Notes: generated by a model not told the origin, from the sequence alone. Counted from the first letter of the stretch, positions 51,870-62,823 are shown. The stretch: DNA of 64,000 nt from Octopus sinensis (GCF_006345805.1 NC_043011.1:36220464-36284463), one strand, 5' to 3'. Program-made: numbers and translations.

Positions 51870-52568
51870 AATTACACTTCTTTAAACTCTCCTCGCTCGA
51901 CTTTCAGAATAACTGGAAAAGGCAAAAAATTGAGTTGGTTGTTTCCTTGGTGATACTTTTTACATTTCCCTCCCGCAACAGTCTGAAGTTTGAGCACTTT
52001 TTCAGTATTTCTTTCTCTTAGAATTTTTAACTTTTAAGATTTTTTGCCCCCAATTCAGTATCTTTTTCTTTTCTAACAAGGCACAGATTGCAATTCTGCA
52101 ACTCTACCAAAATAAGAAAGAGACACATATACATATAGATACATATGCATGTACTTTTGAGTATACATATTAATCTTTTGTACAAAATATGAACAATTAA
52201 CCATTTTTGTTTAACTTCTGGTCAGTATTGAATTCAATAAGCTATCAATGTGATGTATTCATTGTGCCAGAGATCAAGTCATATAATACACAAGACCTTT
52301 GTTTATATATGCTTGTCTCTTAAATATCTGTCACGATTATTCCATGATGTAGACAGTAAATACAACCACCATAAACCGTTTTAGCACTGGGAAAATGAAA
52401 AATTATATTTTGCAAACACTATAAGAGAAAGATATTAAAAATTGTCATAGAAATATCCAAACAATGGAATGTCTGCTGGAGGAAAATATCATAAATTAGC
52501 AAATACAGTTACTGTGAGGATTCCACCCTTGGGAAGATAACAATGTGTGTGTATGTGCGTGTGTGTTT

Positions 52569-52599
<31 letters not shown>

Positions 52600-53403
52600 C
52601 ATGTGTGCGTGCATGCATGCGTGCGTATGTGTGTGTAAAGAATAAAACTTATGATAAAAAGTTTTTTACAGAAATATTCAAAAGACTGTCTGAACAAAGA
52701 TTATCACAAAATAGTAAAGTAGTCAAACTGCTCACGCGCGCGCCTGTGTGCGTAATACTAATAAATAGATAAAGACTTAGCATTTTGAAGACATCAGCAT
52801 CCCTGTCGCTAAGGGGTTGCACTGGACGGCACTGCAACCTCACTATTCGATGATGTACCATCAGATTTACTCCACTTTAGTGACTCCACTGTAACATTAT
52901 TACAAATTAGTGCCCATCCAGAATATTCTGAAGTACCCCTGGCGACAGGCTTGGACATTGGGTAGAGTCGAAAATGTGAATGAATGCCATGGTTAAAGTA
53001 AACCAAATCAGATTGAAGGATATAGAAAACCGTCCCATTTTAATATATTATACAAACCACGTAATACATGAGTATCATGTAAGTCCAGACCGTTTATGAA
53101 AATGGTAAAATGTTGCCAAATCCAGAAATTAAGTGCAAACATCATGTCTTATTTATTGTCTCACAGACTGAAGTGTTCTTGTAAAAAAAAAAACTCTTTG
53201 ATAAGAACATTATTCTGAAATATTTTTTGTCTTAAACCCCTTTTTTATGTTTTATTGGAGACAACAAAGCTTTCAGTTTTTGGAGAAAGGGCTTAAAATA
53301 TATTCCTTCTTAATTCTTCTGTTGAAAATATCATGTAGAAGAAAGGCAGTGAATGTAAGAGACGGTAAATTTAATTCCATAACGGAAGGTAAAATACGTT
53401 TCT

Positions 53404-53628
53404 CATTCTTTACTGCCCACAAGGGGCTTCACACAGAGGGGACAAACAAGGACAGACAAACGGATTAAGTCAATTATATCGACCCCAGTGTGTAACTGGT
53501 ACTTATTTAATCGACCCCGAAAAAATGAAAGGCAAAGTCGACCTTGGCGGAATTTGAACTCAGAACATAGCGACAGACGAAATACTGCTAAGCATTTTGC
53601 CCAGCGTGCTAACGTTTCTGCCAGCTCG
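53404..53628 (-). mobile_element. SINE family B (long tail)
   Basis: Reverse complement of the full monomer. Confidence 0.92.
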
Positions 53629-54014
53629 ATTCTGTCATCTTTCAGTTTCTATCTATCCAATACACTGTCATGGCTTTGGTGAGTCCATGGCTAGAGTAGA
53701 ATACACTTGCCCAAGGTGCCATGCAGTGGGATTGAATCCAGCAACAATGTGGTTGAGAAACAAGTTTCTCATCACACAGCCATGCTTGCGGTTGTCATAT
53801 ACACAACCATCATGATTATTCCACGATATACATAGGCATAATTTATTCAATAAATACATCTATCATAATACTCTTTAGCTTTAAGGAAATGTCTTTTTTG
53901 GTTTCGTTTTTTTTTGTCTTTTTCTGTACACATTCGAAGAGAGATATATAAAAATTATCATAGAAATATTACACAATAGGATGTCTGGATGAAAAAAATA
54001 ATAATAATAATAAT

Positions 54015-54160
54015 TGTGTGTGTTTATTGAGCGAAAACACCTAAAAGCTCTACGAGGCTCCGGCAGGGGGTGGTGATCCCTGCTGTACTCTTTCACCACA
54101 ATGGCGGTGCCCCAGCATGGCCACAGCTCAAGAGCTGAAACTGGAAAAACAAAAACAAAA
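54015..54160 (+). mobile_element. Chimeric SINE: family D body plus CR1-type tail
   Basis: cacctaaaagctctacgaggctccggcaggggg...tactctttcacca joined to caatggcggtgccccagcatggccacagc. Confidence 0.7.
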
Positions 54161-54335
54161 CAAAAGTCATAAATAAGTAAATACAGAAACTGTAAGGATT
54201 CCCTCTCTAATAAGACAACGTTATATATATGTGTGTGTGTATGTATATATACATACACACACCCATATATATATATATATATACATACATACATACACAC
54301 ACCCATATATATATGTTTATATATATATATGTATA

Positions 54336-54379
<44 letters not shown>

Positions 54380-54500
54380 AAGAACAGGAGAGAAGATAAT
54401 TTTTTTTTGTCTTATTTGTAAATGTTCAAACAAAAGAATCTCTGAAAAAATATTCCATGCATATATAGCAAATTTGTCAGATTATATATAAATATACAGT

Positions 54501-55103
54501 GACAAACTAACAGCAGAGCTTCAAGCAGTCCAACGTCACTACACTAAAAAGATTGAGACAGTGCAGTGGATGAGTTACAGAGATAAGCTGAGAAAACTAC
54601 AGCTTTACTCCTTGGAGTGAAGGCGTGACAGATACACAATGATATACATATGGAAAATCCGAGAATGGCTAGTACCTAACTTTGGCATTGAGTGTTATAC
54701 AAATGCCAGAAACGGCCGCCATTGTATTGAAGCAAAGGTACCGTCCACTCATCCTAAATTCAGGACCAGGTATTGCAATAGTCTAGGGTTCAAAGGCCAA
54801 CAGCTTTTCAATGCCCTTCTACAAAAATTAAGAAATTTGAGCGAGGTGGAAGTAGATGTCTTCAAAAAGGAATTAGACATCTTCCTCTCCACAATACTGG
54901 ACGAACCAACAGCCCAGCATGAGGTACAGACGAGGGCAGCGGAATCAAACTCAGTTATACGTCAAATGTACCCACAGCTGGGGAAAAGGCACACACAGGA
55001 GTGGTTATGTGAAATACCCAGACTGGGGAAATCAGAAAAACAATGGTGGTGCTCCAGCATGACCACAGCCACATGGCTGAAATGAGGAAAAGAGTAAAAA
55101 AGT
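54501..55103 (+). pseudogene. CR1-type LINE ORF2 C-terminus and 3' UTR
   Basis: ELQAVQRHYTKKI...SYRDKLRKLQLYSLE*RRDRYTMIYIWKI...VPN...NGRHC...FKKELDIFL; one in-frame TGA at 54618; 3' tail at 55041-55103. Confidence 0.88.
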
Positions 55104-55110
55104 ATGTCTG

Positions 55111-55174
<64 letters not shown>

Positions 55175-55236
55175 ACTAACTAACTAACTAACCAACTACT
55201 ATCTATCTATCTATCTATCTATCTATAATATATATT

Positions 55237-55270
<34 letters not shown>

Positions 55271-55710
55271 ATATTATTAGAGACAAAACCACTATTTTGC
55301 AAAACAACAGGAAAGACTTAATCAATCTAGAAGGAATAGGAATATCTTTCAAAGATGAATCCCAAAACAGCGGTCTATCTTACCTGTAAAATCCATAATT
55401 TACGAATTGAGGTATTACACTCAATATACAAAATTATCAATATTATAAAATAAATATTAGGGAATAAATCCAAATTTACACGGAAAAAATCAGATTAGGA
55501 TTAAATCCAATTTTATAGTAAAATATTAAATAATATTATTAGAGACAAAACCACTATTTTGCAAAACAAACAAGGAAAGACTTAATCAATCTAGAAGGAA
55601 TAGAATATCTTTCAAAGATGAATCCCAAAACAGCGTTCTATCTTAACTGTAAAATCCATAATTACGAAATGAGGTATACACTCAATATACAAAATTATCA
55701 ATATTAAAAA
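55271..55710. repeat. Direct tandem duplication, 262-bp period (1.7 copies), bounded by microsatellites
   Basis: atattattagagacaaaaccactatt at 55271 and 55533; the copies differ mainly by 1-bp indels. Confidence 0.93.
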
Positions 55711-55711
55711 A

Positions 55712-56227
55712 ATAATATATATTAATAATAATAATAATAACTAATAATAATAATAATAATAATAATAATATAATAATAATATAATAATAATATATATAAT
55801 AATATAATAATAATAATAATATATAATAATATAATATATAATAATAATAATATAATATAATAATATAATAATAATAATATAATAATATATAATAATAATA
55901 ATAATATAATATATAATAATAATAATAATATATAATAAATAATAATATAATAATAATAATAATATATAATAATAATAATATAATAATAATAATATATAAT
56001 ATAATAATAATAATATAATAATAATAATAATAATATAATATAATAATAATATAATAATAATAATAATAATATAATATAATATAATAATAATATAATAATA
56101 ATAATAATAATAATATAATAAATAATATATTAATAATAATAATATAATAATAATATAATAATAATAATAATATAATAATAATATAATAATAATAATATAA
56201 TATAATAATAATATAATATATATAATA

Positions 56228-56280
<53 letters not shown>

Positions 56281-56335
56281 TAATATAATAATAATCTAAT
56301 AATAATATAATAATAATATATAATATATATATATA
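55712..56335. repeat. Long interrupted (ATA)n/(AT)n microsatellite
   Basis: About 620 bp consisting almost only of A and T. Confidence 0.98.
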
Positions 56336-56344
56336 TGCGTGTGT

Positions 56345-56745
56345 GTGTGTATGTAGAAGGTTGAAAAGGAACACAGGAGTTGATATGTATAAAGTAAATA
56401 AGTCAAGGTAGAAAATGCTTAAATAATTTTAGCGTAAAAAGCATTTTAGCACCGATTTCACTCATTGATACTTTTTCTACTCTAAGTAAGGAAAACAATT
56501 GCATTTTGGAAAAATTAAATGGAAAGTCTTTTTTAAAGAATATTTGCATGTTATTCAAATACAAGGGGCGTTTTTCTTGTTTCTCCTTGCCTCTGTCTCT
56601 CTCTTTTACTCTTGTGGGTTCAAGGTCATTGTGAATTCTTGGCAGAGAAGAAGCAGGAGATGAAAGAGACGAAGAAGAAGAAGAAGAATGCGGGAGTGGT
56701 ATGATAGTAGTAGGATGTTAAATGGTCAAATGCCCTGCTATCCAC
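56345..56745 (+). repeat. Interspersed repeat paralogous to 59135-59625 (pLTR-like)
   Basis: Shared tatgtagaa..ttgaaaaggaac...cattttagcacc..tttca.tcattga.acttttt...gatagtagta..tgttaaatggtcaa; inverted partial copies at 56760-57135. Confidence 0.85.
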
Positions 56746-57084
56746 CTTCGGATAACACACATGCAAATATCAAAAATGATACATTCAAAAGAGATACCCA
56801 AGAATTCATTTAAAATAGTCCCAATCATTACTATAATCCCCAACGAACCACTTTTAGGTCACTTGACGATTTAACACCCCATGACTATCATACCACTCCT
56901 GTAATCTTTTATTATTCTTTCTCTTCTATTCTTTCTCCTTCTTCTTCGATGTCTTCTTTCTCTCCGCCACCTCCTTCATTCACTACTACTGCTGCTTAGA
57001 ATCACACCCAAGCAAATATTAAAAAACAATACATTTAAAAGTGATACCTCAAGAATTCAATCACTAATACCATCTACAAAAAGT

Positions 57085-57152
57085 CACTTTCAGGGCGCAC
57101 TTGAACATTTAAAATCCTACTACTATAATACCACTCTATATATGTATATAAG

Positions 57153-57184
<32 letters not shown>

Positions 57185-57202
57185 GTATATATAGATTCAT
57201 AC

Positions 57203-57271
<69 letters not shown>

Positions 57272-57774
57272 CACTTATAAACACATGTATTTATGTGCGA
57301 GTGTGTGTCTGAATGTATGTCCTACATGCAACAATTATTGTTGTTATCTAGACCCCACTGAGAGAGCTTTTGTTTCACAGAAACCAGTTTCCTCATTCTT
57401 GAATTATTACTAATTAATAGAAACAACAGAAATAAATCAGAAGAGCTGGAAGAAATTCATTTCAAATGAAAATGGTTTCAAAGTGGACAATTTTCTTCGT
57501 ATTCTTGTTTTCCATAGAATGTAAAACGCGATTCCCAAGCAACTTTTCCTGAGATTTTCAAATTTCTTATACACCGCGCCTACCAAATTCCGTACCGTTT
57601 CCCTTCACTCAAGAGGTACCGCTAGCTATTTGAAGACTCTGCCAAAAGAAAGAAACAAAAGCTCTCTCAGTGGGGTCTAGATAACAACAATAATTGTTGC
57701 ATGTAGGACATACATTCAGACACACACTCGCACATAAATACATATGTGTTTATAAGTGTATATATATATATATA

Positions 57775-57838
<64 letters not shown>

Positions 57839-57856
57839 GTATGAATCTATATATAT

Positions 57857-57923
<67 letters not shown>

Positions 57924-57990
57924 ACTTATATACATATATAGAGGTGTATGATAGTAGTGGGATTTTAAATGGTCAAGTGCCCTGAAAGTG
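57085..57990. repeat. Young inverted repeat (~290-340-bp arms) around a 275-bp spacer
   Basis: 57272-57376 equals the reverse complement of 57652-57757 except for a 2-nt indel; the arms extend through (TA)n to cactttcagggc / gccctgaaagtg. Confidence 0.95.
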
Positions 57991-58552
57991 CCCTGAAAGA
58001 TATGCATAGGTACAAATGTTTGAAAAGAAATTTATTTTATGTACACTATGAATAATTAAGCATTTTTACTTAATTTCTTGACAATATTGTATATATTGAG
58101 CTGCTAAAATGAATGATGTAATATTTTTTTTATTTTGCCTGTGATAGAGTCATATAATACATGACAACACCTGGATGTGTGCGTGTGCACATGTGTGTGT
58201 GTGTGTGCATGTGTGTACGTGTGTGCACATGTGTCTTTTCAAGATTATTCTATAATGTAAACATAATTTATTCAGTAAATACATCTAACAAAGCTTCTTA
58301 GCATTAGGAAAATGATTTCTTTTGTGTGTGTGTGTTTGTGTTTGTGTTTGAACAGTCTTAGAGAAAGATATTAAAACTTGTAATAGATATCTCCAAATTA
58401 CGGACTGTCTGGATAAAAAAAAAGCACACAACAAAATTAATAAATAAGTAAGTGCAGCTAATGGGAGGATTTCACTATTTGCAAGGTGATATATAATTGT
58501 GAAGAATAGAACAAAAGACAACACTCACACACACACACACACACACTCACAT

Positions 58553-58975
58553 ATACTCTTTTACTCTTTACTCTTTTACTTGTTTCAGTCATTTGACTGT
58601 GGCCGTGCTGGAGCACCGCCTTTTAGTCGAGCAAATCGACCCCGGGACTTATTCTTTATAAGCCCAGTACTTATTCTATCGGTCTCTTTTGCCGAACCGC
58701 TAAGTGACGGGGACGTAAACACACACCAGCATCGGTTGTCAAGCAATGCTAGGGGGACAAACACAGACACACAAACACAGACACACATACATATATATAT
58801 ATACATATATACGACAGGCTTCTTTCAGTTTCCGTCTACCAATCCACTCACAAGGCTTTGGTCGGCCCGAGGCTATAGTAGAAGACACTTGCCCAAGATG
58901 CCACGCAGTGGGATTGACCCAGAACCATGTGGTTGGTTAGCAAGCTACTTACCACACAGCCACTCCTGCGCCTAT
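58553..58975 (-). mobile_element. SINE family A (young)
   Basis: Near-consensus, with (tactctttt)n tail. Confidence 0.95.
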
Positions 58976-59134
58976 ATATATATTATATATATATATATCT
59001 TTTATCTCTTACCTGTTTCAGTCATTAGACTACAGCCATGCTGGGACCTACCTTGAAGTTTTAGTCGAATAAATCAACCCTGTACATATTTTTCAAGCCT
59101 AGTACTTATACCTTGCTAAAAACATGATATATAT

Positions 59135-59625
59135 ATATGTAGAAATTTGAAAAGGAACGCACGAGTTGACATATATGGAAAAATGTCAAGATGAAAAATG
59201 CTAAAATAATTCTATAAAAAACATTTTAGCACCTGTTTCAGTCATTGAAACTTTTTCAACTGTATGTATGGAGAGCAATTAAATTTTGGAAAAAATTAAA
59301 AGAAAAGCTTTTTTAAAAGAATATTTGCATAGTGTTTCTTTGTTTCTGCCTATTTCTGTCTCTCTTGTTTACTCTTGTGGGTTCGAGGTCGTTGTAAATT
59401 CTTGGTAGGGAAGAATAAGAAGAAGAAGAAAAAGGGGAGGAGGAGAAGAAGAAGAAGGAGGAGGGGGAGAGAAGAAGAAGAAGAAGAAGAAGAAGAAGGA
59501 TGCGTGAGTGCCACGATAGTAGTATGTTAAATGGTCAAGTGTCCTGAAAGCAATTTGTTGTGGATAGTAATAGTGATTGAATTCCTGAAACATCTCTTTT
59601 GAATGTTTTGTTTATAAAATTTGCA
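59135..59625 (+). repeat. Interspersed repeat paralogous to 56345-56745
   Basis: Collinear with 56345-56745; abuts the (TA)n tract at 59648-59740. Confidence 0.85.
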
Positions 59626-59644
59626 TAGGTGTTATTCTAAACAG

Positions 59645-59740
<96 letters not shown>

Positions 59741-59741
<1 letters not shown>

Positions 59742-60767
59742 TTCTGGGTTGGAAATTTGGGGTTGCGTGGCGCTTACCTCCCCTAGTCCGTAAAGAATTT
59801 ATTTTATGTACAGGGTTGCTGGCACTATTAGAATTGAAATCATTATTCCTATTTCGAGTAACTTTACTATCTGGAGAAGTAGATGTTGTTGGTTTAGAAT
59901 GAGCTGGGTCGATGTATGACACTTTCTCCTTATAACCGGCTCTTGACAAGGCGGCGTTATAGAAGTCTGCCTTTTGGTTAAAGATGTCGACATTAGCAGA
60001 TAATTTGGACAGTCTCAGAGATATGTTTTTAATTAAATTATCGGTAATTGGCTTGGCATGATTACTGAAAATGCTGATATACTTAAGATTAGTGGAAGGT
60101 TTATGATAAGGGAAGTATGAGTTATTCTGCAGATTGAGGGTAATGTCCAAGAAGTTGGCTTTAGTTAATTCATCGTCAAAAACTATGCGCAAGCCCATTC
60201 TACTAAAAAACCTAACTAATCTTTTTTTAACTTTCTGTATTTTTTGGTTCGAAACGTTTTGGAGGTAAAGCAGACAATCGTCGCGATAAAGACCTCCACA
60301 GATGTCCGGGAATTGGTCGGCCATTTCATAAAGAATATAAATTCCAACCAAATCGGCTATCTGGGCGCTGTCTGTACTTCCCATTAGTACATCAAACGCA
60401 TTAGGGATATCTCTACGGACCCACAACTTGTTATCGAACTGGATGAAAGATTTCCCAGCAGTCAATATCACACCAAGTTCCTCCCTGGAGAGGCCTGCCT
60501 TATTGTGTGCGTGCCATGGGCCTTATTAAGTATAATAGGGTTGATTGAAGGATAGAAACTAGATATATCGAATTGGATAGATTTAGTGTTGGCCTTATCA
60601 GTAATAGAAGTAAACAAATCTACGACTTGAACAGAATTGGACCATAAGTTAAGTTTTAATTTATTAATTAATATAGGTATATACTTATCTAACATGTATT
60701 TACTAAGGGTACCGATGTCTGAACTGGAAGGGCATATGAGCCGCAATGCTGGGTTAGTATGAAAGGT
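59741..60767 (-). mobile_element. Penelope-like element reverse transcriptase (inverted 5' segment)
   Basis: NPALRLICPSSSDIGTLSK...QFDISSFYPSI...FDVLMGSTDSAQIADLVG...GLYRDDCL...NFLDITLNL...SNH...RLSKLS...AGYKE; a single frameshift near 60517. Confidence 0.92.
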
Positions 60768-61543
60768 CAGAATAGCTTTCTCTAACACTAGGAATCTTTC
60801 ACAAATTATATCTTCCCACAATACCAAGCTGCTAAACAAAGATTCTTCACCCAGGAGTTCCAACACTAATCTTGCTAATTCCAACCCATCATACAATTAT
60901 AATAATAGGAATAGTATTAATAGTAGCAGCGAAGGTGTTAACAATGATAATATTAATAATAGTATTAGTCGTGATAATAACAATGGTAGTGTTGATGGTA
61001 ACAACAATAACGGTATTATTGTCGGTGGTATTACTGGTTGTAATACCATTAATAATACTAATAATAATAGAAATAGTGTAGTGTTAGCGCTAAAAATAAT
61101 AGTAACAGCAGTAATAACAATAAAAACTTCGTCTCGATCTCGGAGGACAACCCAAACAGAATTAAATTTTTGTCCAGTAATTCTAAGACTAAGAATGCTA
61201 TTTACCGGTGTAGAATTTCTTCCGGTACCGATGTCTTCTTCTATATAGGAGCTTCCACTTCCCAGTTATCCAAGAGAATTTCAAACCACTACTCAACATT
61301 CAGATAGTAAAAAACGTCATAGCACAGGGCTAAGTAAATTAGTTTGGCGTCTTAAAGACAACAATATAATTTTCAAGTTAGATTGGTTCATACTGTCTGT
61401 ATCCTTTCCTTTTGATAAGGGCAGGAGATTCTGTAACATTTGTAACTCTGAACTCTTCCATATTCTTTTCGCTAAGGTTCCCCTAGTAAACACACTCATA
61501 GAAAAATTGTAAACACTGGCAGAAACACATTTTCTACTCATAA
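60763..61543 (+). mobile_element. Penelope-like element linker and GIY-YIG endonuclease (forward 3' segment)
   Basis: KVRIAFSNTRNLSQIISSHNTKLL, an Asn-rich tract, AIYRC...FYIGASTSQLSKRISNHYSTFR, STGLSKLVWRLKDNN...W.IL...FCNICNSE, CKHWQKH; frameshifts near 61080, 61305 and 61500. Confidence 0.88.
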
Positions 61544-62323
61544 ATGATAACGATAGTCACTGTGGTTTGAACAATTAGCTTTACGTCCACGACACTGCTA
61601 TAGAGAAATTTTTTCCTAAGCCTTCGAACATTCTTTCAATCAACGTACCCTTCCCTCTCCACTTCTTCCCTAACTATTATTCCTTTATACCTTCCCTTCC
61701 TACTATCTATCTTTGACATCTGTGTCTCGCTCACACACACAATCACAAACACAGTTATACACACACAATCACAAACACAGTTATACACACACACATACAC
61801 GCACACAAACGCACGCACTCATTAACACAAACACAAACCCACACATTTCCATACATACAGCAAACATACTGTTCCCTACCTATTTTACTTTATCCCTTCT
61901 CTTCCTACTATCTATTTCTAGCATCAATTCTTCTTTTTTTAAAGAAACACTCATTATCGCTTTATTTACCATGTAGGCAATCATCGAAATTTTTGTTTGT
62001 CTTGTTGTCGAGAGGGGCTCCCTTTCTTTCCTGATGAGAAGATTGCATAATGCACCCTTTATTCCTTTGGAATGAGAAAATGCTGTCTTCGAAACATGTG
62101 TCGAGAGTAAAGGAATTTTGTTAACATCTTCGTTCGACTCCATTCTTTCATGTATTCATATACAACACACAAATTTCTACACATGAACCCGGAGTTTCTA
62201 CCCTTGACAGGTCGCTTCAACCTTTTTTTCTGACGTGAATTTTGCTACCCAGGTTTCGGTTAAACGAATTTTCCATGCTGAGGATAAACATAGAATAATT
62301 CATTCACCTACTATATATATATA
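61544..62323 (+). mobile_element. Penelope-like 3' pseudo-LTR with hammerhead and probable ORF restart
   Basis: Follows the EN stop codon, contains the HHR at 62021-62113 and ATG 62183, and ends in tatatatatata at ~62311-62322. Confidence 0.7.
62021..62113 (+). ncRNA. Type I hammerhead ribozyme motif with canonical core and GUC site
   Basis: CCUUUCUUUC-CUGAUGA(62031-37)-GAAGA...UCUUC-GAAAC-AUGU-GUC(62100-02)-GAGAG-U-AAAGG; stem I is 10 bp with one bulge. Confidence 0.88.
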
Positions 62324-62637
62324 AACACACCAGCATTGGTTGTCAAGCAACGTTGGGGGTACAAACATACACACACATACATGGGCTTCTTTCAGTTTCC
62401 ATTCTACCAAATCCACTCACAAGGCTTTGGTCGACCCGAGGCATTGTTCTGGGTTCACTCTCACTGCATGCCACTTTGAGAAAGTGTCTTCCACTATTGC
62501 CTCGGATCGACTAAAGCCTTGTGAGTAGATTTGGTAGAATGGAAACTGAAAGAAGCCCGTGTATGTGTGTGTATATGTGTTCGTGTGTGTATGTTTGTAC
62601 TCCCAACGTTGCTTGACAACCGATGCTGGTGTGTTTA
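62324..62637. repeat. Local inverted duplication of part of a SINE A
   Basis: 62324-62438 is the reverse complement of 62497-62637 and shares private variants (ccattctacc, caacgttg). Confidence 0.85.
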
Positions 62638-62788
62638 CGTCACCGTTACTTAGCGGTTCGGCAAAAGAGGCCGATAGAATAAGTACTAGGCTTACAAAGA
62701 ATAAGTCCTGGAGTCAATTTGTTCCACGAAAAGCAGTGCTCCAGCATGGTCACAGTCAAATGACCAAAACAACTAAAAGAATAAACAA
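62440..62788 (+). mobile_element. SINE family A
   Basis: Diverged head; body and tail present. Confidence 0.85.
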
Positions 62789-62823
62789 GTATATATATAT
62801 GTATATTTGTTTATTCTTTTAGT

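Noticed and set aside
52760-53010. Possible host exon (GVALDGTATSLFDDVPSDLLHF... on plus; MSKPVARG... on minus)
   Set aside because: Splice sites are weak, frames are short and no domain is recognised.
55340-55385. Hammerhead-like tcaaaga...aaaacagcggt motif in the 262-bp repeat
   Set aside because: The core is non-canonical, there is no stem II or adjacent stem I, and the two copies disagree.
60872-61081. Hydrophobic membrane-protein-like ORF (MLIPTHHTIIIIGIVLIV...)
   Set aside because: It is an alternative frame of the Asn-rich PLE linker.
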